Assembly: GCA_050633305.1 (NCBI GenBank)
Contig: JBOEGF010000005.1
Span: forward strand, 320,001-384,000
Source of the DNA: Nannocystales bacterium
Lineage (GTDB): Bacteria; Myxococcota_A; Polyangia; Nannocystales; Nannocystaceae
Length of the DNA: 64,000 nt
Direction of reading: 5' to 3'
Position 1 is the first letter of the stretch; the number at the start of each line of letters is the position of its first letter. Under the pieces are notes generated by a model, which was not told the DNA's origin, ran no database searches, and saw nothing but the letters and a program-made list of their open reading frames with translations. The position numbers and the translations under genes are program-made. Positions 19,319 to 32,510 of the stretch are shown here, piece by piece.

Positions 19319-22243
19319 ATGGAAGGACGCAAGCCACTACGGGATACTCGAAAGGTGATCCGAGAGGAGCAACTCCCCGCGTCGAGGACGCAGACGCTCT
19401 CGGACGACGAGGCCGCCGTCGGTGCTCGATGGGAACGTTCCAGAGGTACGAGGATTGGTCGCTACATCGTCGAAGCCCGGCTGGGTGCAGGGGCGATGGG
19501 GGTGGTCTACCGGGCCTTGGATCCGAAGCTGAACCGGCTCGTCGCCATCAAGATGGCCCACGACTCGCAGGCCCGAACCCCGCGCGGTGTCGAACGGTTT
19601 TCTCGGGAGGCCCGGGCGATGGCAGCGTTGCACCACCCGCATGTGGTCGCCGTCTACGACTACGGCGTTCGCGACGGCGATGGGTTTCTCGTGATGGAGT
19701 TGCTCGTCGCCAAGACGCTCACCCAGTGGCTCGAGACCGGGCCCTCCTTGGAGCAGCGAATCCGTGTGCTTCGGCAAGCGGGCGAAGGGCTCGCGGCCGC
19801 CCATGAGGCGGGGTTGGTCCACAGGGACTTCAAGCCTGACAATGTGCTCATCACGGGGGACGGCACCGCGAAAGTCACCGACTTTGGTCTCGTACGTGTC
19901 TATGGCGACGAAGACTCGAACTCCGATGCTTCACCGGCCGTCGTCGCGCCCGAGTTCAGCGGGTCCGGCCCGAGCTCGCACACCGTGACCGCGCAGGGAG
20001 TTGTCCTGGGCACGCCCGCGTACATGTCCCCCGAGCAGCACCGCGCGCACCCGTTGACGCCCCGGTCCGATCAGTACAGCTACTGCTTGACCGCGTTCGA
20101 GGTTCTGACCGGTTCGAGGCTGTTCGAGGCGCCATCGCTGATGAAGCTGGAGCTGATGAAGGACGAAGGTCCCTCGCAGCAGGCGCTTCGCGGCCTGCCT
20201 CTCCCGATCGCACGCGCGCTTCGTCGGGGTCTGCAGCCTCGCGCACGCGACCGTTTCTCCGACGTCCCCGCGCTGCTGCAGGCCCTCCAGCACCGACCAC
20301 TGCGAACGTGGGTGGGTGCGGCAGCGGCCGTGCTGGTGCCGTTGGCGTTGCTCGCCGCTCCTGTGGGAGGCCGCGCCGAGCCTACGTGCACCTCGGAGGA
20401 TTCGACCCCGCTTTGGACCGACGAGCACCGCGACTCCATGCGGGAGGTCTTCGAGCATTCGGTCGAGCCCGGGGCCGGAGAGGTGGCCGAGTTGGTGTTG
20501 TCGATCTTCGAGGGCGAAGCGGAAGCCTGGTCTCGTGCGAGGGCGCGAACGTGCGAGCTTGATGCCGAAGAACGGGACCATGCTGTGGCGTGTCTCGAAA
20601 CGCGCCGTGAGCACTTCGAGGCGACCCGCGATCGAATCTCGGTGCGGTTGGCGGTGCCGGTTCAGCAAGCGACACGGGTCGCTTCTTCGCTGCAACCGTC
20701 CGCCGAGTGCTTGCGGCCGATGTCGGCGCGGCTGGAGGCGGCCAGAGGTGACCCCCGGACCCAGGCGTACTTGGAGGAAGTCGAGCGGCGGAAGAATGCG
20801 GCCTCGGACGCGCTGCGGCGGGACGATGCACGCGCGGCCCGGGCTGAGCTCAACGCCGGACTCGAAGCGATCGCTCAGCTCGAGCCTCCCGCGATCCGAT
20901 CGAAGCCGTTGGCCGACGTCGGGAACCTCCTCGATTCCGCTGGTGACGCCCAACGAGCCTCGGAGGTACTGGCCGAAGCCTACGCACATGCAACCGCTGC
21001 AAGCGACGACCGGAACGCGGCTTCGGCCGCCATTCGCCTGGTCTGGGTTGAAGGCGTGGCGCTGGGCCGACCGGACGAGGGTCGTCGGTGGTCGCGGAAG
21101 GCCGAGACTCATCTCGCTCACTTCACGCCGCGGCCCGACATGGCGGCCGCACGGTTCGTCAACCTCGCCGCGATCTCCCAGGGAGAGGGCGACCTGGAGC
21201 GAGCGTTGGAGCTCATGAGGCAGGCCAACGAGGTCGCCGAGTCGGACGAGGACACGCCGGTGTCGCCTGCCCGGCAGAACACGTTGCTGATGGGGCGAGC
21301 CCGCCGGGAACACAATGTTGGCGCGTTGAACTACTGGCTCAGCCGCAACAAGGAAGCGTTGGCGGCGTTTCAACGAGAGGTGGGGATCATTCAGACCGCT
21401 CGTGGTGTCGACCACCTCGACACGCTCGATGGACTCGAGGGCGTTGCGCTCACAGCGGACGCGATTGGGGACCTCGAACTCGCCCGGGTCTCCGCAAAAT
21501 CGAGAATCCGGATTCTCGAGAAACACCGGGGTAAGGACCACCCCAGTGTCGGAGCTGCCCTGCAAACCCTCGCGTCGGTCGAGTACTCGCTCGGCGATCT
21601 CGAGGCGGTTCGGCGGTTGTACGAACGAACGATCGCCCTTCTGTTGGCTCATGAAGAGCCGGGGTACGAGCTTCGGTTGGCGAGCGCCCGGGTTGAGCTC
21701 ACCACCGTGCTCCGAGAACTCGGCGAGGCAGAGGCCGCGATGGAACAGGCCCATCTCGCGTATGCCGGGTTCGAGCAGGGGACGGACCCCGCGTATGCCG
21801 GGCACCGCGCCGGAGCGCTGCGCGAGTTGGCGCTGCTTCACTCTCAACTCGGTGAACACGACGAGGCGCTCGAGTACATGGAGCGGGCGCACGCGGCCGG
21901 CGGTGACTCCGTTCTGGAGCTGGCCAACCGGGTGGTGTTCGCCGTCGCGCAGATCTACGTCTTCATCGGGGCGGGCCGACACGAGGATGCGGTCGCCACA
22001 GGGGAGGCCGCGATGGAGATCGGACGCAAGGCGCCGAACTCCGTGGATACGATGTTGTTGCAGCTTCGGCTCGCTGAGGCGCTTGCACACCGCGGGGCCA
22101 AGGGCGACTACAAGAAAGCGCTCGAGATACAGGGGGAGGTCGAATCCAAGGCTCGTCGCAACGACGCCCTCATCATTCTGGAGCGCGACCTCCCGGAGTC
22201 TCGGGCCGAGGTCACCGCGCTGGGCAAGACACACGTGCCGTGA
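19319..22243 (+). CDS. Hanks-type Ser/Thr kinase with TM and extracytoplasmic TPR repeats
   Basis: GAGAMGVV, VAIK, HRDFKPDN, DFG, GTPAYMSPE; TPR-like helices. Confidence 0.93.
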   Translation: MEGRKPLRDTRKVIREEQLPASRTQTLSDDEAAVGARWERSRGTRIGRYIVEARLGAGAMGVVYRALDPKLNRLVAIKMAHDSQARTPRGVERFSREARAMAALHHPHVVAVYDYGVRDGDGFLVMELLVAKTLTQWLETGPSLEQRIRVLRQAGEGLAAAHEAGLVHRDFKPDNVLITGDGTAKVTDFGLVRVYGDEDSNSDASPAVVAPEFSGSGPSSHTVTAQGVVLGTPAYMSPEQHRAHPLTPRSDQYSYCLTAFEVLTGSRLFEAPSLMKLELMKDEGPSQQALRGLPLPIARALRRGLQPRARDRFSDVPALLQALQHRPLRTWVGAAAAVLVPLALLAAPVGGRAEPTCTSEDSTPLWTDEHRDSMREVFEHSVEPGAGEVAELVLSIFEGEAEAWSRARARTCELDAEERDHAVACLETRREHFEATRDRISVRLAVPVQQATRVASSLQPSAECLRPMSARLEAARGDPRTQAYLEEVERRKNAASDALRRDDARAARAELNAGLEAIAQLEPPAIRSKPLADVGNLLDSAGDAQRASEVLAEAYAHATAASDDRNAASAAIRLVWVEGVALGRPDEGRRWSRKAETHLAHFTPRPDMAAARFVNLAAISQGEGDLERALELMRQANEVAESDEDTPVSPARQNTLLMGRARREHNVGALNYWLSRNKEALAAFQREVGIIQTARGVDHLDTLDGLEGVALTADAIGDLELARVSAKSRIRILEKHRGKDHPSVGAALQTLASVEYSLGDLEAVRRLYERTIALLLAHEEPGYELRLASARVELTTVLRELGEAEAAMEQAHLAYAGFEQGTDPAYAGHRAGALRELALLHSQLGEHDEALEYMERAHAAGGDSVLELANRVVFAVAQIYVFIGAGRHEDAVATGEAAMEIGRKAPNSVDTMLLQLRLAEALAHRGAKGDYKKALEIQGEVESKARRNDALIILERDLPESRAEVTALGKTHVP

Positions 22244-22285
22244 GTCCGTGGCCGCGGGCGCAACGAGCTGTTCGATGTGCCGGAG

Positions 22286-23695
22286 TCAGTCTTCGATGAT
22301 GCGCAACGGAATCTCAGGATCGAGGACGTAGCCGGTATCGGTCCGGACGAGAAGGTCGCGCAGCCCCATCTTCCGCAGTGTCGTCATCGCCACGTAGACC
22401 CGGTTCGCGCCAGCGCGGGGCAGGAGTTTCTCGTCGGTCCATGCTCGGTCGAGCATGTCTGAGACCGAGAGCGCGCGCCCCGGTTCGTCCCGACGCGCCG
22501 CGAGCATGGTTGCGAACACCCGGGTGAGGGTTTTGCGTCGCTCGAGGTCGAAACGTTGCCCGCCCGGCGTCGTGTACCAACGGCCGCTCGCGTCGGCGAC
22601 GAAGGGCTCTCGCTCGACCTTCCTACCGTAGGTCGAGATGCCAGCCGCGCTCGATTGCTGGGCGAGGAGCGCGTCGAGTCCTTCAAAGGGCGTGAGCGTG
22701 TCACCGTGAGCTTCAACGGCTGCACGCTCGACGAGGGCCTCGAGCTCGTGGAGGTTGCCTGGCCATCGATGACGGAGCAGGCGAAAGGCGAACTCGGCGT
22801 CGAGTCGAGCGTTGGGGTTGCAGTAGCGACGGGCGAACGCGAGCGCGAGCTGTGGGATATCCGTGCGGCGCTCGGTGAGGGAGGGAACCCGGATCGACCA
22901 GCGACGAAGGCGGTGCACCAGCTCGGGACGGAGGCGGTGCGCGAGTCCTTCGGGTGACTCCACCGTGCAGGCCACCAGCCCCGTGTCCTGAAACTCTGCG
23001 GCGTCGAGGCGGTCGACGAGAAGAAGTTGGGCCGCGGGGGGGAGCTCTTCGACGTTATCGAGGACCACCGTGCCCCCTGATGCGGCGTCGAGCACCGCGC
23101 GCAGCAGCGTCTCCTCATCCGGGGTTCGTCCACAGCGGGTGACCTCCAGTGGGCCCTTGCGTCCGGAAACGCCGTGAAGGTGTCGAGCGAACACGCTCTT
23201 GCCGACGCCGGACTCCCCCCATAGGAGGGTTGGGCCACGGGTCGACGCCTTGCGGACGGTGGCGATCGCGGAGAGGAACGCATGGCTGTTCCCCACCAGC
23301 CCTTCGGGTGCCCGCTCGGTGGGCGGCTGCGGCTCGCGTGTCACCAGGAGCAGCGCGCGGCCGAGCCCAACGACGTCTCCCGAGACCAAAGGATGCTCTT
23401 GGACGCGGCTCCCGTTGACGTAGGTCCCGTTGCGGCTCCCGGCATCTCGGAGCATCGGCGTCCCGGCGCTCCGCGGATCGAACTCGGCGTGGGCTCGCGA
23501 GATGTGCCCATCATCGAGGACGCCCGCTCCGAACCCATCGGACTTGCGACCCAACGCGAGAGGCCCATCGAGGGCGAGCCGTCGACCGATGTGGGAGGGG
23601 TCATCGTGATGGACCAGTTCGATCCACCAACGTTTCGGGGGCCGGCCGTCGTCCTCCGCCAGGGTGGAGGTCTGCGTCGTTTCCGTGGTCGCCAA
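22286..23695 (-). CDS. FHA + degenerate sigma54-activator-type AAA+ + C-terminal winged-helix regulator
   Basis: GR...ISRAHA...GSRNGTYVNG (FHA), GESGVGKS Walker A, WPGNLHEL; no GAFTGA. Confidence 0.85.
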   Translation of the reverse strand: MATTETTQTSTLAEDDGRPPKRWWIELVHHDDPSHIGRRLALDGPLALGRKSDGFGAGVLDDGHISRAHAEFDPRSAGTPMLRDAGSRNGTYVNGSRVQEHPLVSGDVVGLGRALLLVTREPQPPTERAPEGLVGNSHAFLSAIATVRKASTRGPTLLWGESGVGKSVFARHLHGVSGRKGPLEVTRCGRTPDEETLLRAVLDAASGGTVVLDNVEELPPAAQLLLVDRLDAAEFQDTGLVACTVESPEGLAHRLRPELVHRLRRWSIRVPSLTERRTDIPQLALAFARRYCNPNARLDAEFAFRLLRHRWPGNLHELEALVERAAVEAHGDTLTPFEGLDALLAQQSSAAGISTYGRKVEREPFVADASGRWYTTPGGQRFDLERRKTLTRVFATMLAARRDEPGRALSVSDMLDRAWTDEKLLPRAGANRVYVAMTTLRKMGLRDLLVRTDTGYVLDPEIPLRIIED

Positions 23696-23927
23696 GGAAT
23701 CGCCAGTATCCCACTTCGTCAGGAGGACACCGGGCCGGGAGGGGGTTCACCCCGGGACGGAACAGGACCTTTCAAAGGGAGCTCCTGGAGTTCGGGCGCT
23801 CGGCCACGGCTGCAGGGGCACCGCACAGACCTGTCTCGGTGCTTAAACCTCGATATCGTGGTCGAGACGCTGTCGCATTGAGCCTCTCGGACGAGGTGCG
23901 CCTTCGACGTGCTGTCCAGTCGCAGAC

Positions 23928-24887
23928 TCAGAACCGGACCCGCACGGACATCCCGGCGTAGGTTGGGCTCATGGCGGGGGCGACCGAGACCTGGGCGCCC
24001 CGGGGGCGGTGGACGAGCACCGAGATCCCGGTCGCCAGGATCGTGGGCGCGGCGACGAGGACCATGAATCCCGCGCGAGCACGTTTCACCTCGTTCAGTC
24101 CGTCGTTGAGCTGAGCATACTCGGCATCGGTCAGTGCGCCCGTATCGCCATCGAACTCACGACCGATGTCGACGGCCTGTTGTGCGCCCGAGCCGAGAAG
24201 GCCCGCTCCCACCGCGACACCTGCGGTCCCCAGTACCACCGCGGTTGTTCCCGTCCCGATGGCGATGCGCCGCTTCTGCGCCAGGCTGTAGCGCGGGTTT
24301 TGGCCAAGCCAGTCGCCGAACGCCCGACCCGCGACGGCTCCGAACACGGCCCCACCTGCACCAAACCCAACCGCCCCGAAGACCCGTCCTCCTCGAACAC
24401 CGATGTCGCCGTCGCTCGCTCCATTGCAGGAGGTGATGTCGTCCTGACTCCCGCATTCGGGGAGCAGCGCCAGTCGGCCCATCACGATCGCCGAACCTGC
24501 GAGGCCCAGACCGACGACTCCCGGAACCCAGACGTCGCGCGGTGGGGTTCGCCTGATACCGTCGGGGAAGGGATCATGGACTCCGGACGCCTGCATCGAG
24601 GGCTCGACGTCCGCGGTGACCCGGTCCTCCCGTGGCGCGCGGGCTGCTGCCTCGAGCTCGGAGAGGTCGACCCCGTCGAACGGTAGCTGTTCCCCCTCCG
24701 TCGACTCGTCGCTGACGATCGACTCGTCGAGCTCCTCGAAGTCGGCGTCGTCGACGCCTACGCCGCGCTCGCCCGATTCGGTGACCGTCGGTGCGGGCTC
24801 GGTGGAGGTCGCGAAGGCGACGGACGGGGCGAGGGAGGTTGCGAGAAAGAGGAAGGCGAGGGCGGAGGAACGTTGTGGTCGCAGCAT
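23928..24887 (-). CDS. Exported/membrane hypothetical protein
   Basis: Signal peptide, acidic linker, Gly-rich hydrophobic helices, C-terminal G.SVRVRF strand. Confidence 0.7.
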   Translation of the reverse strand: MLRPQRSSALAFLFLATSLAPSVAFATSTEPAPTVTESGERGVGVDDADFEELDESIVSDESTEGEQLPFDGVDLSELEAAARAPREDRVTADVEPSMQASGVHDPFPDGIRRTPPRDVWVPGVVGLGLAGSAIVMGRLALLPECGSQDDITSCNGASDGDIGVRGGRVFGAVGFGAGGAVFGAVAGRAFGDWLGQNPRYSLAQKRRIAIGTGTTAVVLGTAGVAVGAGLLGSGAQQAVDIGREFDGDTGALTDAEYAQLNDGLNEVKRARAGFMVLVAAPTILATGISVLVHRPRGAQVSVAPAMSPTYAGMSVRVRF

Positions 24888-25052
24888 CGGGGCGGGGGGG
24901 CGACTCGACGGGGGAGCGAGCGCAACCAAGTGGTTGTCTCCCCAGCGCCGAATCCATTACTCCGACCCACGGTTTTTTCCGGGCTTCGTTCCCATGACGC
25001 GGCGAGACGTGATGTCGATCGCCGGGACGCTTGCGAGGTGGCCTCCGCTGGG

Positions 25053-25661
25053 CTAACGACGCTTGCGGTTGCGACGACGACTACGTTTGCTCCCGCCGGA
25101 GCTGCGCTCATCACCGGACGCGGCGTTCCCTGGGTTTTCCGCGTCGGTCGTGGGCGCCTCAGCAGCCTCCGCCGGGGCTTCGCCATCTGCGCGCTGTTGT
25201 TCCGCAGAGTCGGAGCCGGAACCGGGGTCAGCGTCCGAGTTCGAGTCTGAGTCCGAGTTCGGCTCCAGACGCTCTCGTTCCTGAAGGTCGGGTTCGCCGT
25301 CGTCGAGGTCGGGGTCGACCACAGGGGCGGGCATCGCCATCGCGGGGGCGTGGTCTTCCGGGGGCGCTTGCCCATCCTCGAGATGCTCGGTTCCCATCAT
25401 CGAGGCGGCTTCGTGGGCCTGCGCGTCGGTGAGCTTTCCGACGACGCCGCGGGGCTGCTCGTTCCCCTCGACCTCGAACACTTTGTCGACCAGGAAGAGC
25501 TTCGGCCCGTCCTCGCCGTCCTCAGATCCGTGCAGGGTCAGGATCGAGTGTGTGGGCGGGGGTGCCGCGGTCGCGATGAAGTACCGGTCGTCACCCTTGG
25601 CTTCCAGGGCTGCGGACTCGAGGAGCGTGGTGTGACGAAGCGCGACTCGGTACTCGGACAT
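25053..25661 (-). CDS. Hypothetical protein with acidic low-complexity region and basic tail
   Basis: Open frame with typical codon use; N-terminal FIAT..PPP...L.L weakly recalls PilZ-like domains. Confidence 0.6.
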   Translation of the reverse strand: MSEYRVALRHTTLLESAALEAKGDDRYFIATAAPPPTHSILTLHGSEDGEDGPKLFLVDKVFEVEGNEQPRGVVGKLTDAQAHEAASMMGTEHLEDGQAPPEDHAPAMAMPAPVVDPDLDDGEPDLQERERLEPNSDSDSNSDADPGSGSDSAEQQRADGEAPAEAAEAPTTDAENPGNAASGDERSSGGSKRSRRRNRKRR

Positions 25662-25885
25662 CTGCAAAACCGACTCTATCAGCTCCGAATCGACAACACA
25701 GGCCACTTTTGCGCCTCTTCGTCAGATCTTGTCGGCCCGGGCGTAGGCTGAGCTCTCGGGTCGCGTCCAGTCCGCGTTTACAGCTGGGCGTCCGAACCGT
25801 AGCCTTCCCCACACTCCGCGCCTCGTCAGGCCTTCGCAATTGCGCGCCTGGACGGGTATCAACGGCGCGAGAAAGCCACGCACGC

Positions 25886-29023
<3,138 letters not shown>

Positions 29024-29044
29024 TCCCGTCCGGGGGGTTATTCA

Positions 29045-29100
29045 CACGGGCTCGCGGAAAACCGCGGGCCCGTGGTCGATTTCGGGGTCCGGAAATCGGT
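29045..29100 (+). terminator. Two stem-loops downstream of secA (no U-tract)
   Basis: CACGGGCTCGCGG-aaaa-CCGCGGGCCCGTG, then GTCGATTTC...GAAATCGGT. Confidence 0.5.
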
Positions 29101-29156
29101 TGGGCATCGTCCGATTTGCGGAATCTGAGCGTGCCGCAGCCGGTATCTCCAACACG

Positions 29157-29555
29157 ATGAGTGGAGCAGGTGGAGTCAATGAGGCTGTCCGTGGCGCAAC
29201 GAAAGCACGTCGCTGGGAGTCCCGGATGCAGGCTCGGGCCGCGGTTCGCCGCGCAGGCCGCCGTGCTGTGTCCAAGCTGAACACCGAGTCTTCGGAGCCG
29301 TTCTCCATGGAGCCGGTCTCCGTGGACCTTCCGGTCACCCCGGCGGACCGGGTGATTCGACGGGCGGTGGCGGTACTGACCGCTGTCGTCACGGTCGGAA
29401 TCGGGGGCGGACTGCTCTTCCTGACCGCGGTCAGCGGTGGAAAGGGCTACCAGGTCGCCCCGGTCCTCGCGCTCATGGTGCTGGTGATGTTCGGCTTCCC
29501 CGCACTCGCGGTGCTCTACCGGCATCTGCAGAGCGTGTGGCACGACACCCAGTAG
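29157..29555 (+). CDS. Small membrane protein with 2 C-terminal TMs
   Basis: Basic N-terminus, two hydrophobic helices, followed by a terminator. Confidence 0.6.
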   Translation: MSGAGGVNEAVRGATKARRWESRMQARAAVRRAGRRAVSKLNTESSEPFSMEPVSVDLPVTPADRVIRRAVAVLTAVVTVGIGGGLLFLTAVSGGKGYQVAPVLALMVLVMFGFPALAVLYRHLQSVWHDTQ

Positions 29556-29576
29556 CGTGCATTTTCAACAACCCAG

Positions 29577-29608
29577 GGAGAGGCCAGTTCAGGCCTCTCC
29601 TCTTTTTT
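29577..29608 (+). terminator. Intrinsic terminator
   Basis: GGAGAGGCC-agttca-GGCCTCTCC then TCTTTTTT. Confidence 0.85.
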
Positions 29609-29650
29609 GCGGGCGTTGCAGAACCTTGGTGCTGCGTGCGCCCGTCGCCG

Positions 29651-29902
29651 TCACATGTCGACGCGGTGAGAGCGGTAGCCGGAGACGTTGGGCGCCCGCT
29701 CGAGCGCCTTCTCGATCCAGCGTTCGTCCTTTTCGGCGACGACGATGAGACGGAGATCGTCGCCGTCGGGAAAACCTTCAAACCCCAGCGCTTTGGCTTC
29801 GGCACCGGTCATGATTTGGGCTTGGGTCTCCGAGAGAACTTCGGAGCTGAGCAGGCCTTCGCCATCGTTTCCGGCGGTCAGGTGAACTTCGAACACGATC
29901 AC
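29651..29902 (-). CDS. Small hypothetical protein (83 aa)
   Basis: Globular-looking sequence at the end of the two-component operon. Confidence 0.6.
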   Translation of the reverse strand: MIVFEVHLTAGNDGEGLLSSEVLSETQAQIMTGAEAKALGFEGFPDGDDLRLIVVAEKDERWIEKALERAPNVSGYRSHRVDM

Positions 29903-29928
29903 CCCGCTAGGTTCGCGCGGTCATGCCG

Positions 29929-31179
29929 TCAGGGCAAGAGCTTCGCGGGGAGACGCAGGGTGACGCGGGCACCAACCTCGAGGTTCTCGGCGGTGGCCGT
30001 GCCTCCGTGAGCCTCCGCGATGCGTCGAACCAGCGCCAGGCCCAGCCCGAGCGCGCCCTTGCCATCTGCGCCCTGGTATCCGTGGTCGAAAGCTCGGCCC
30101 AAGTCCTCAAATCCCGGTCCCCGGTCCTCGACGTGGATCACAACGTCACTTTCGGCCCTTGAGAGCGTGATTGCGGTGATGCCCGATCCGTGTTCCTCGG
30201 CGTTTCGGATCAGGTTGGCGAGTGCCTGGAGAACCAACGCTGGGTCGGCGTGAATGGGGAGGGTCTCGGCGACGGACTCCAACACAGTGAGGTCGATGTT
30301 GGCCCGCTCGAGCGCCCGAAGACTCAACGCCACGGCGTCGAGTGGTTGGAGATCGACGCGAGCAAAGTCCAGGCGAGAGTTCGCCAGCAGCTGACCGACC
30401 AGCGTATCGATGGCTTCGACCTCTCGGTCGAGCTCGTCGACAAGTCCACGGTCGGAACCCGATTCCCGGGCCGTATCGAGGAGGATGCGGACGTGGCCCA
30501 GTGGGGTGCGGATCTCGTGGCTTACGGAGGCCAAAAGCTCCCGTTCGGCACCGACCATCGACTGAATCCGGGCCGCCATGTCGTTGACCGCCTCCGCGAT
30601 CGCTCGAAGCTCCAGGCCGTGCAGGCGACCTGTCATGCGGGCGTCGAGGTTGCCTTTGCCGATCTCTTGCGTCACCTGGACGATCCGGGCCAGTGGGCGC
30701 GTGAGGTGAAACGCGATCGCACCGGAGGCCACCCACAAGAACATGCCGCCGACGGCGATCGGCAGCCAGATACGGCGGGGTCCCCAGGACTCTGGAAGAC
30801 AGGTAAGCACGTCGCCTCGGTTTGGAATGTCGAGGACGTGGGGGGCGCGCTCGCAGGCCGGACCGTAGGCGTCGAGCAGCGTACCGTCGGAGTCCAGAAC
30901 GCGGACTCCAAACCCCAGGTCGCTGGTGATCGTCTGTGCGAGTGCCTTTCGTGCCGCGTCGTCGTCCCAGACAGTCTCGAACCGATGGGTTGCAAACTGG
31001 GTGAACGCCAGTTCGTGGTTGTGGTCTGCGCCACTCCAGATCCAGGCGACCGTGCCACTGAGCAACCCTGTCAGCAGGATGGCAACCCCGAACCACGCAA
31101 ACAGCTGCCGCCGCAGCCGCCGCCGGAAGTAACCGAGCACGGGGTTGTCCCGTCGATGGTTCCAGCGGTGGCCTCTCAC
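29929..31179 (-). CDS. HAMP sensor histidine kinase (CpxA/RstB-like)
   Basis: 2 TM, HAMP, SVSHEIRTPL, NLIRNA, DRGPG, GLGL. Confidence 0.92.
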   Translation of the reverse strand: MRGHRWNHRRDNPVLGYFRRRLRRQLFAWFGVAILLTGLLSGTVAWIWSGADHNHELAFTQFATHRFETVWDDDAARKALAQTITSDLGFGVRVLDSDGTLLDAYGPACERAPHVLDIPNRGDVLTCLPESWGPRRIWLPIAVGGMFLWVASGAIAFHLTRPLARIVQVTQEIGKGNLDARMTGRLHGLELRAIAEAVNDMAARIQSMVGAERELLASVSHEIRTPLGHVRILLDTARESGSDRGLVDELDREVEAIDTLVGQLLANSRLDFARVDLQPLDAVALSLRALERANIDLTVLESVAETLPIHADPALVLQALANLIRNAEEHGSGITAITLSRAESDVVIHVEDRGPGFEDLGRAFDHGYQGADGKGALGLGLALVRRIAEAHGGTATAENLEVGARVTLRLPAKLLP

Positions 31180-31850
31180 CCGTCTGTGCTCCGTGCGAAA
31201 ACGTAGCCGACGCCGCGTACCGTCCGAATGCGCTCAGCACCGACCTTCTTCCGCAGTTTTGAGATGTGCACATCTACGGTGCGTTCCCCCACCGTGGCGT
31301 CATCGCGGCCGGCCTCCGCCAGCAGCGAGCCTCGCGGAACGACCCGACCTGCGCGTCGCATGAGGGCCAACAGTAGATCGAACTCGAGTCCGGTCAACTC
31401 GACCGCGCGACCTTCGACACGGGCCTGCCGTGCGGCGACTTCGACCTCGACGCCCGCCTCGCTCAGCCGGGCCGCACCGACCTCCGGGTGCAGACGCCGC
31501 AGCACGGCTCGGAGACGCGCGAGCAGTTCGCGGGAACTGAACGGTTTGGGGATGTAGTCGTCGGCGCCCATCTCCAACCCGACGACGCGGTCGGCCTCGT
31601 CCCCGCGGGCGGTCAGCATGATGACCGGGATCTGCGTGCGCGCTCGAATCCGGCGCAGGGTCTCCAGGCCATCGATGCCCGGCATCATCACATCGAGGAG
31701 CACGGCGTCGTACGTCTCGCGGTCGAGCGCATCGAGACCGGCCGCACCAGAACGAGCGTGCTCGAGTGCGACATCGTTGGGGGTCAAGAACCCGCGGAGC
31801 AGCTCGAACAGCCTCGCGTCATCGTCGACCAACAGGACCCGAACAGCCAC
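31176..31850 (-). CDS. OmpR-family response regulator (CpxR-like)
   Basis: LLVDDD, LLDVMMPG, GADDYIPKPF, RTVDVHISKLR, VRGVGY. Confidence 0.95.
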   Translation of the reverse strand: MAVRVLLVDDDARLFELLRGFLTPNDVALEHARSGAAGLDALDRETYDAVLLDVMMPGIDGLETLRRIRARTQIPVIMLTARGDEADRVVGLEMGADDYIPKPFSSRELLARLRAVLRRLHPEVGAARLSEAGVEVEVAARQARVEGRAVELTGLEFDLLLALMRRAGRVVPRGSLLAEAGRDDATVGERTVDVHISKLRKKVGAERIRTVRGVGYVFARSTDG

Positions 31851-31859
31851 GGGTCCACT

Positions 31860-32390
31860 CTACCGCCAGCTGCGGCGGCGGCCGAAGCGGTGGTTCAGTT
31901 CCGCCAAACGCTCGCGCTGGAGTGGCTCGAGGACATCGTGAATCCGGGCCAGCGCGCCGACCAGCTGCTCGCGGACTTCCCGGATCCGCTCGTCCTGCCG
32001 GGCGAAGCTCTCACCCATGATCTCCTCATCGAATGAATCTCCCCGCATCGCATTCGTGATGTCCTCCCGCGAGAGGCGAAGCTCTCCGCGCAGGCCTTGC
32101 GTCTTGTCCGCAAACTGTTCCACTTCGTTGCGGATCACGCGGTACTGCTCGGGTGTGGCTTCGAGTTTGGAGGCGAGCCAGCCGACCATCCGCTCGGTTC
32201 CACGGGCTCGCTTTCGCCAGCTGGCCCCTGCGGAGTCCCGGCTCCACGGTGCCCCATCGTTCGAGGACATGGGGCCCCTGTACCCGCGGGGTCCGTGCCC
32301 GCAACCGGGTCCGCGCATGCCGTGGTGACGGCGGTGAGAGAACCGATAGGCTCCGTAGACGAGGGCTGCACCAACAAAGAATCCGATCAT
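31860..32390 (-). CDS. Spy/CpxP-like (periplasmic heavy-metal sensor type) accessory protein
   Basis: LEATPEQ and VLEPLQR (LTxxQ-like) motifs; AAGGAG RBS; heads the RR-HK operon. Confidence 0.75.
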   Translation of the reverse strand: MIGFFVGAALVYGAYRFSHRRHHGMRGPGCGHGPRGYRGPMSSNDGAPWSRDSAGASWRKRARGTERMVGWLASKLEATPEQYRVIRNEVEQFADKTQGLRGELRLSREDITNAMRGDSFDEEIMGESFARQDERIREVREQLVGALARIHDVLEPLQRERLAELNHRFGRRRSWR

Positions 32391-32451
32391 CGTGTCTGTC
32401 TCCTTGCTCAACAGCTTGCGTCGCGCTTGTTTCACGACGTCGTGGGTCTTC

Positions 32452-32467
32452 ATGAAGAAGTGTGAAG
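32452..32467. promoter_or_regulatory. Putative OmpR/CpxR-type tandem box
   Basis: ATGAAG-aagt-GTGAAG with 10-bp period, ~60 nt upstream of the Spy/CpxP-RR-HK operon. Confidence 0.45.
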
Positions 32468-32510
32468 GGCATCGCCGTGTTTCGCGCCCACAGCTCCGGA
32501 GGCCTCTGTT

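Noticed and set aside
19931..22234. Long antisense ORFs (767 aa here; also 25859-27904, 1956-3458 and the upstream part of 52785-54608)
   Set aside because: Shadows of real genes on the opposite strand, expected from high GC3; no domain motifs
23696..23927. Hairpins upstream of the FHA gene as a riboswitch
   Set aside because: No recognisable conserved riboswitch core; stems are expected at this GC content
25225..25265. TCCGAG/TTCGAG short repeats
   Set aside because: Simply encode a Ser-Asp low-complexity linker
25709..25885. N-terminal extensions in the ORF track (secA, rlmD, ruvX, fabV and others)
   Set aside because: Homology-like sequence begins at later starts; the extensions are open by chance
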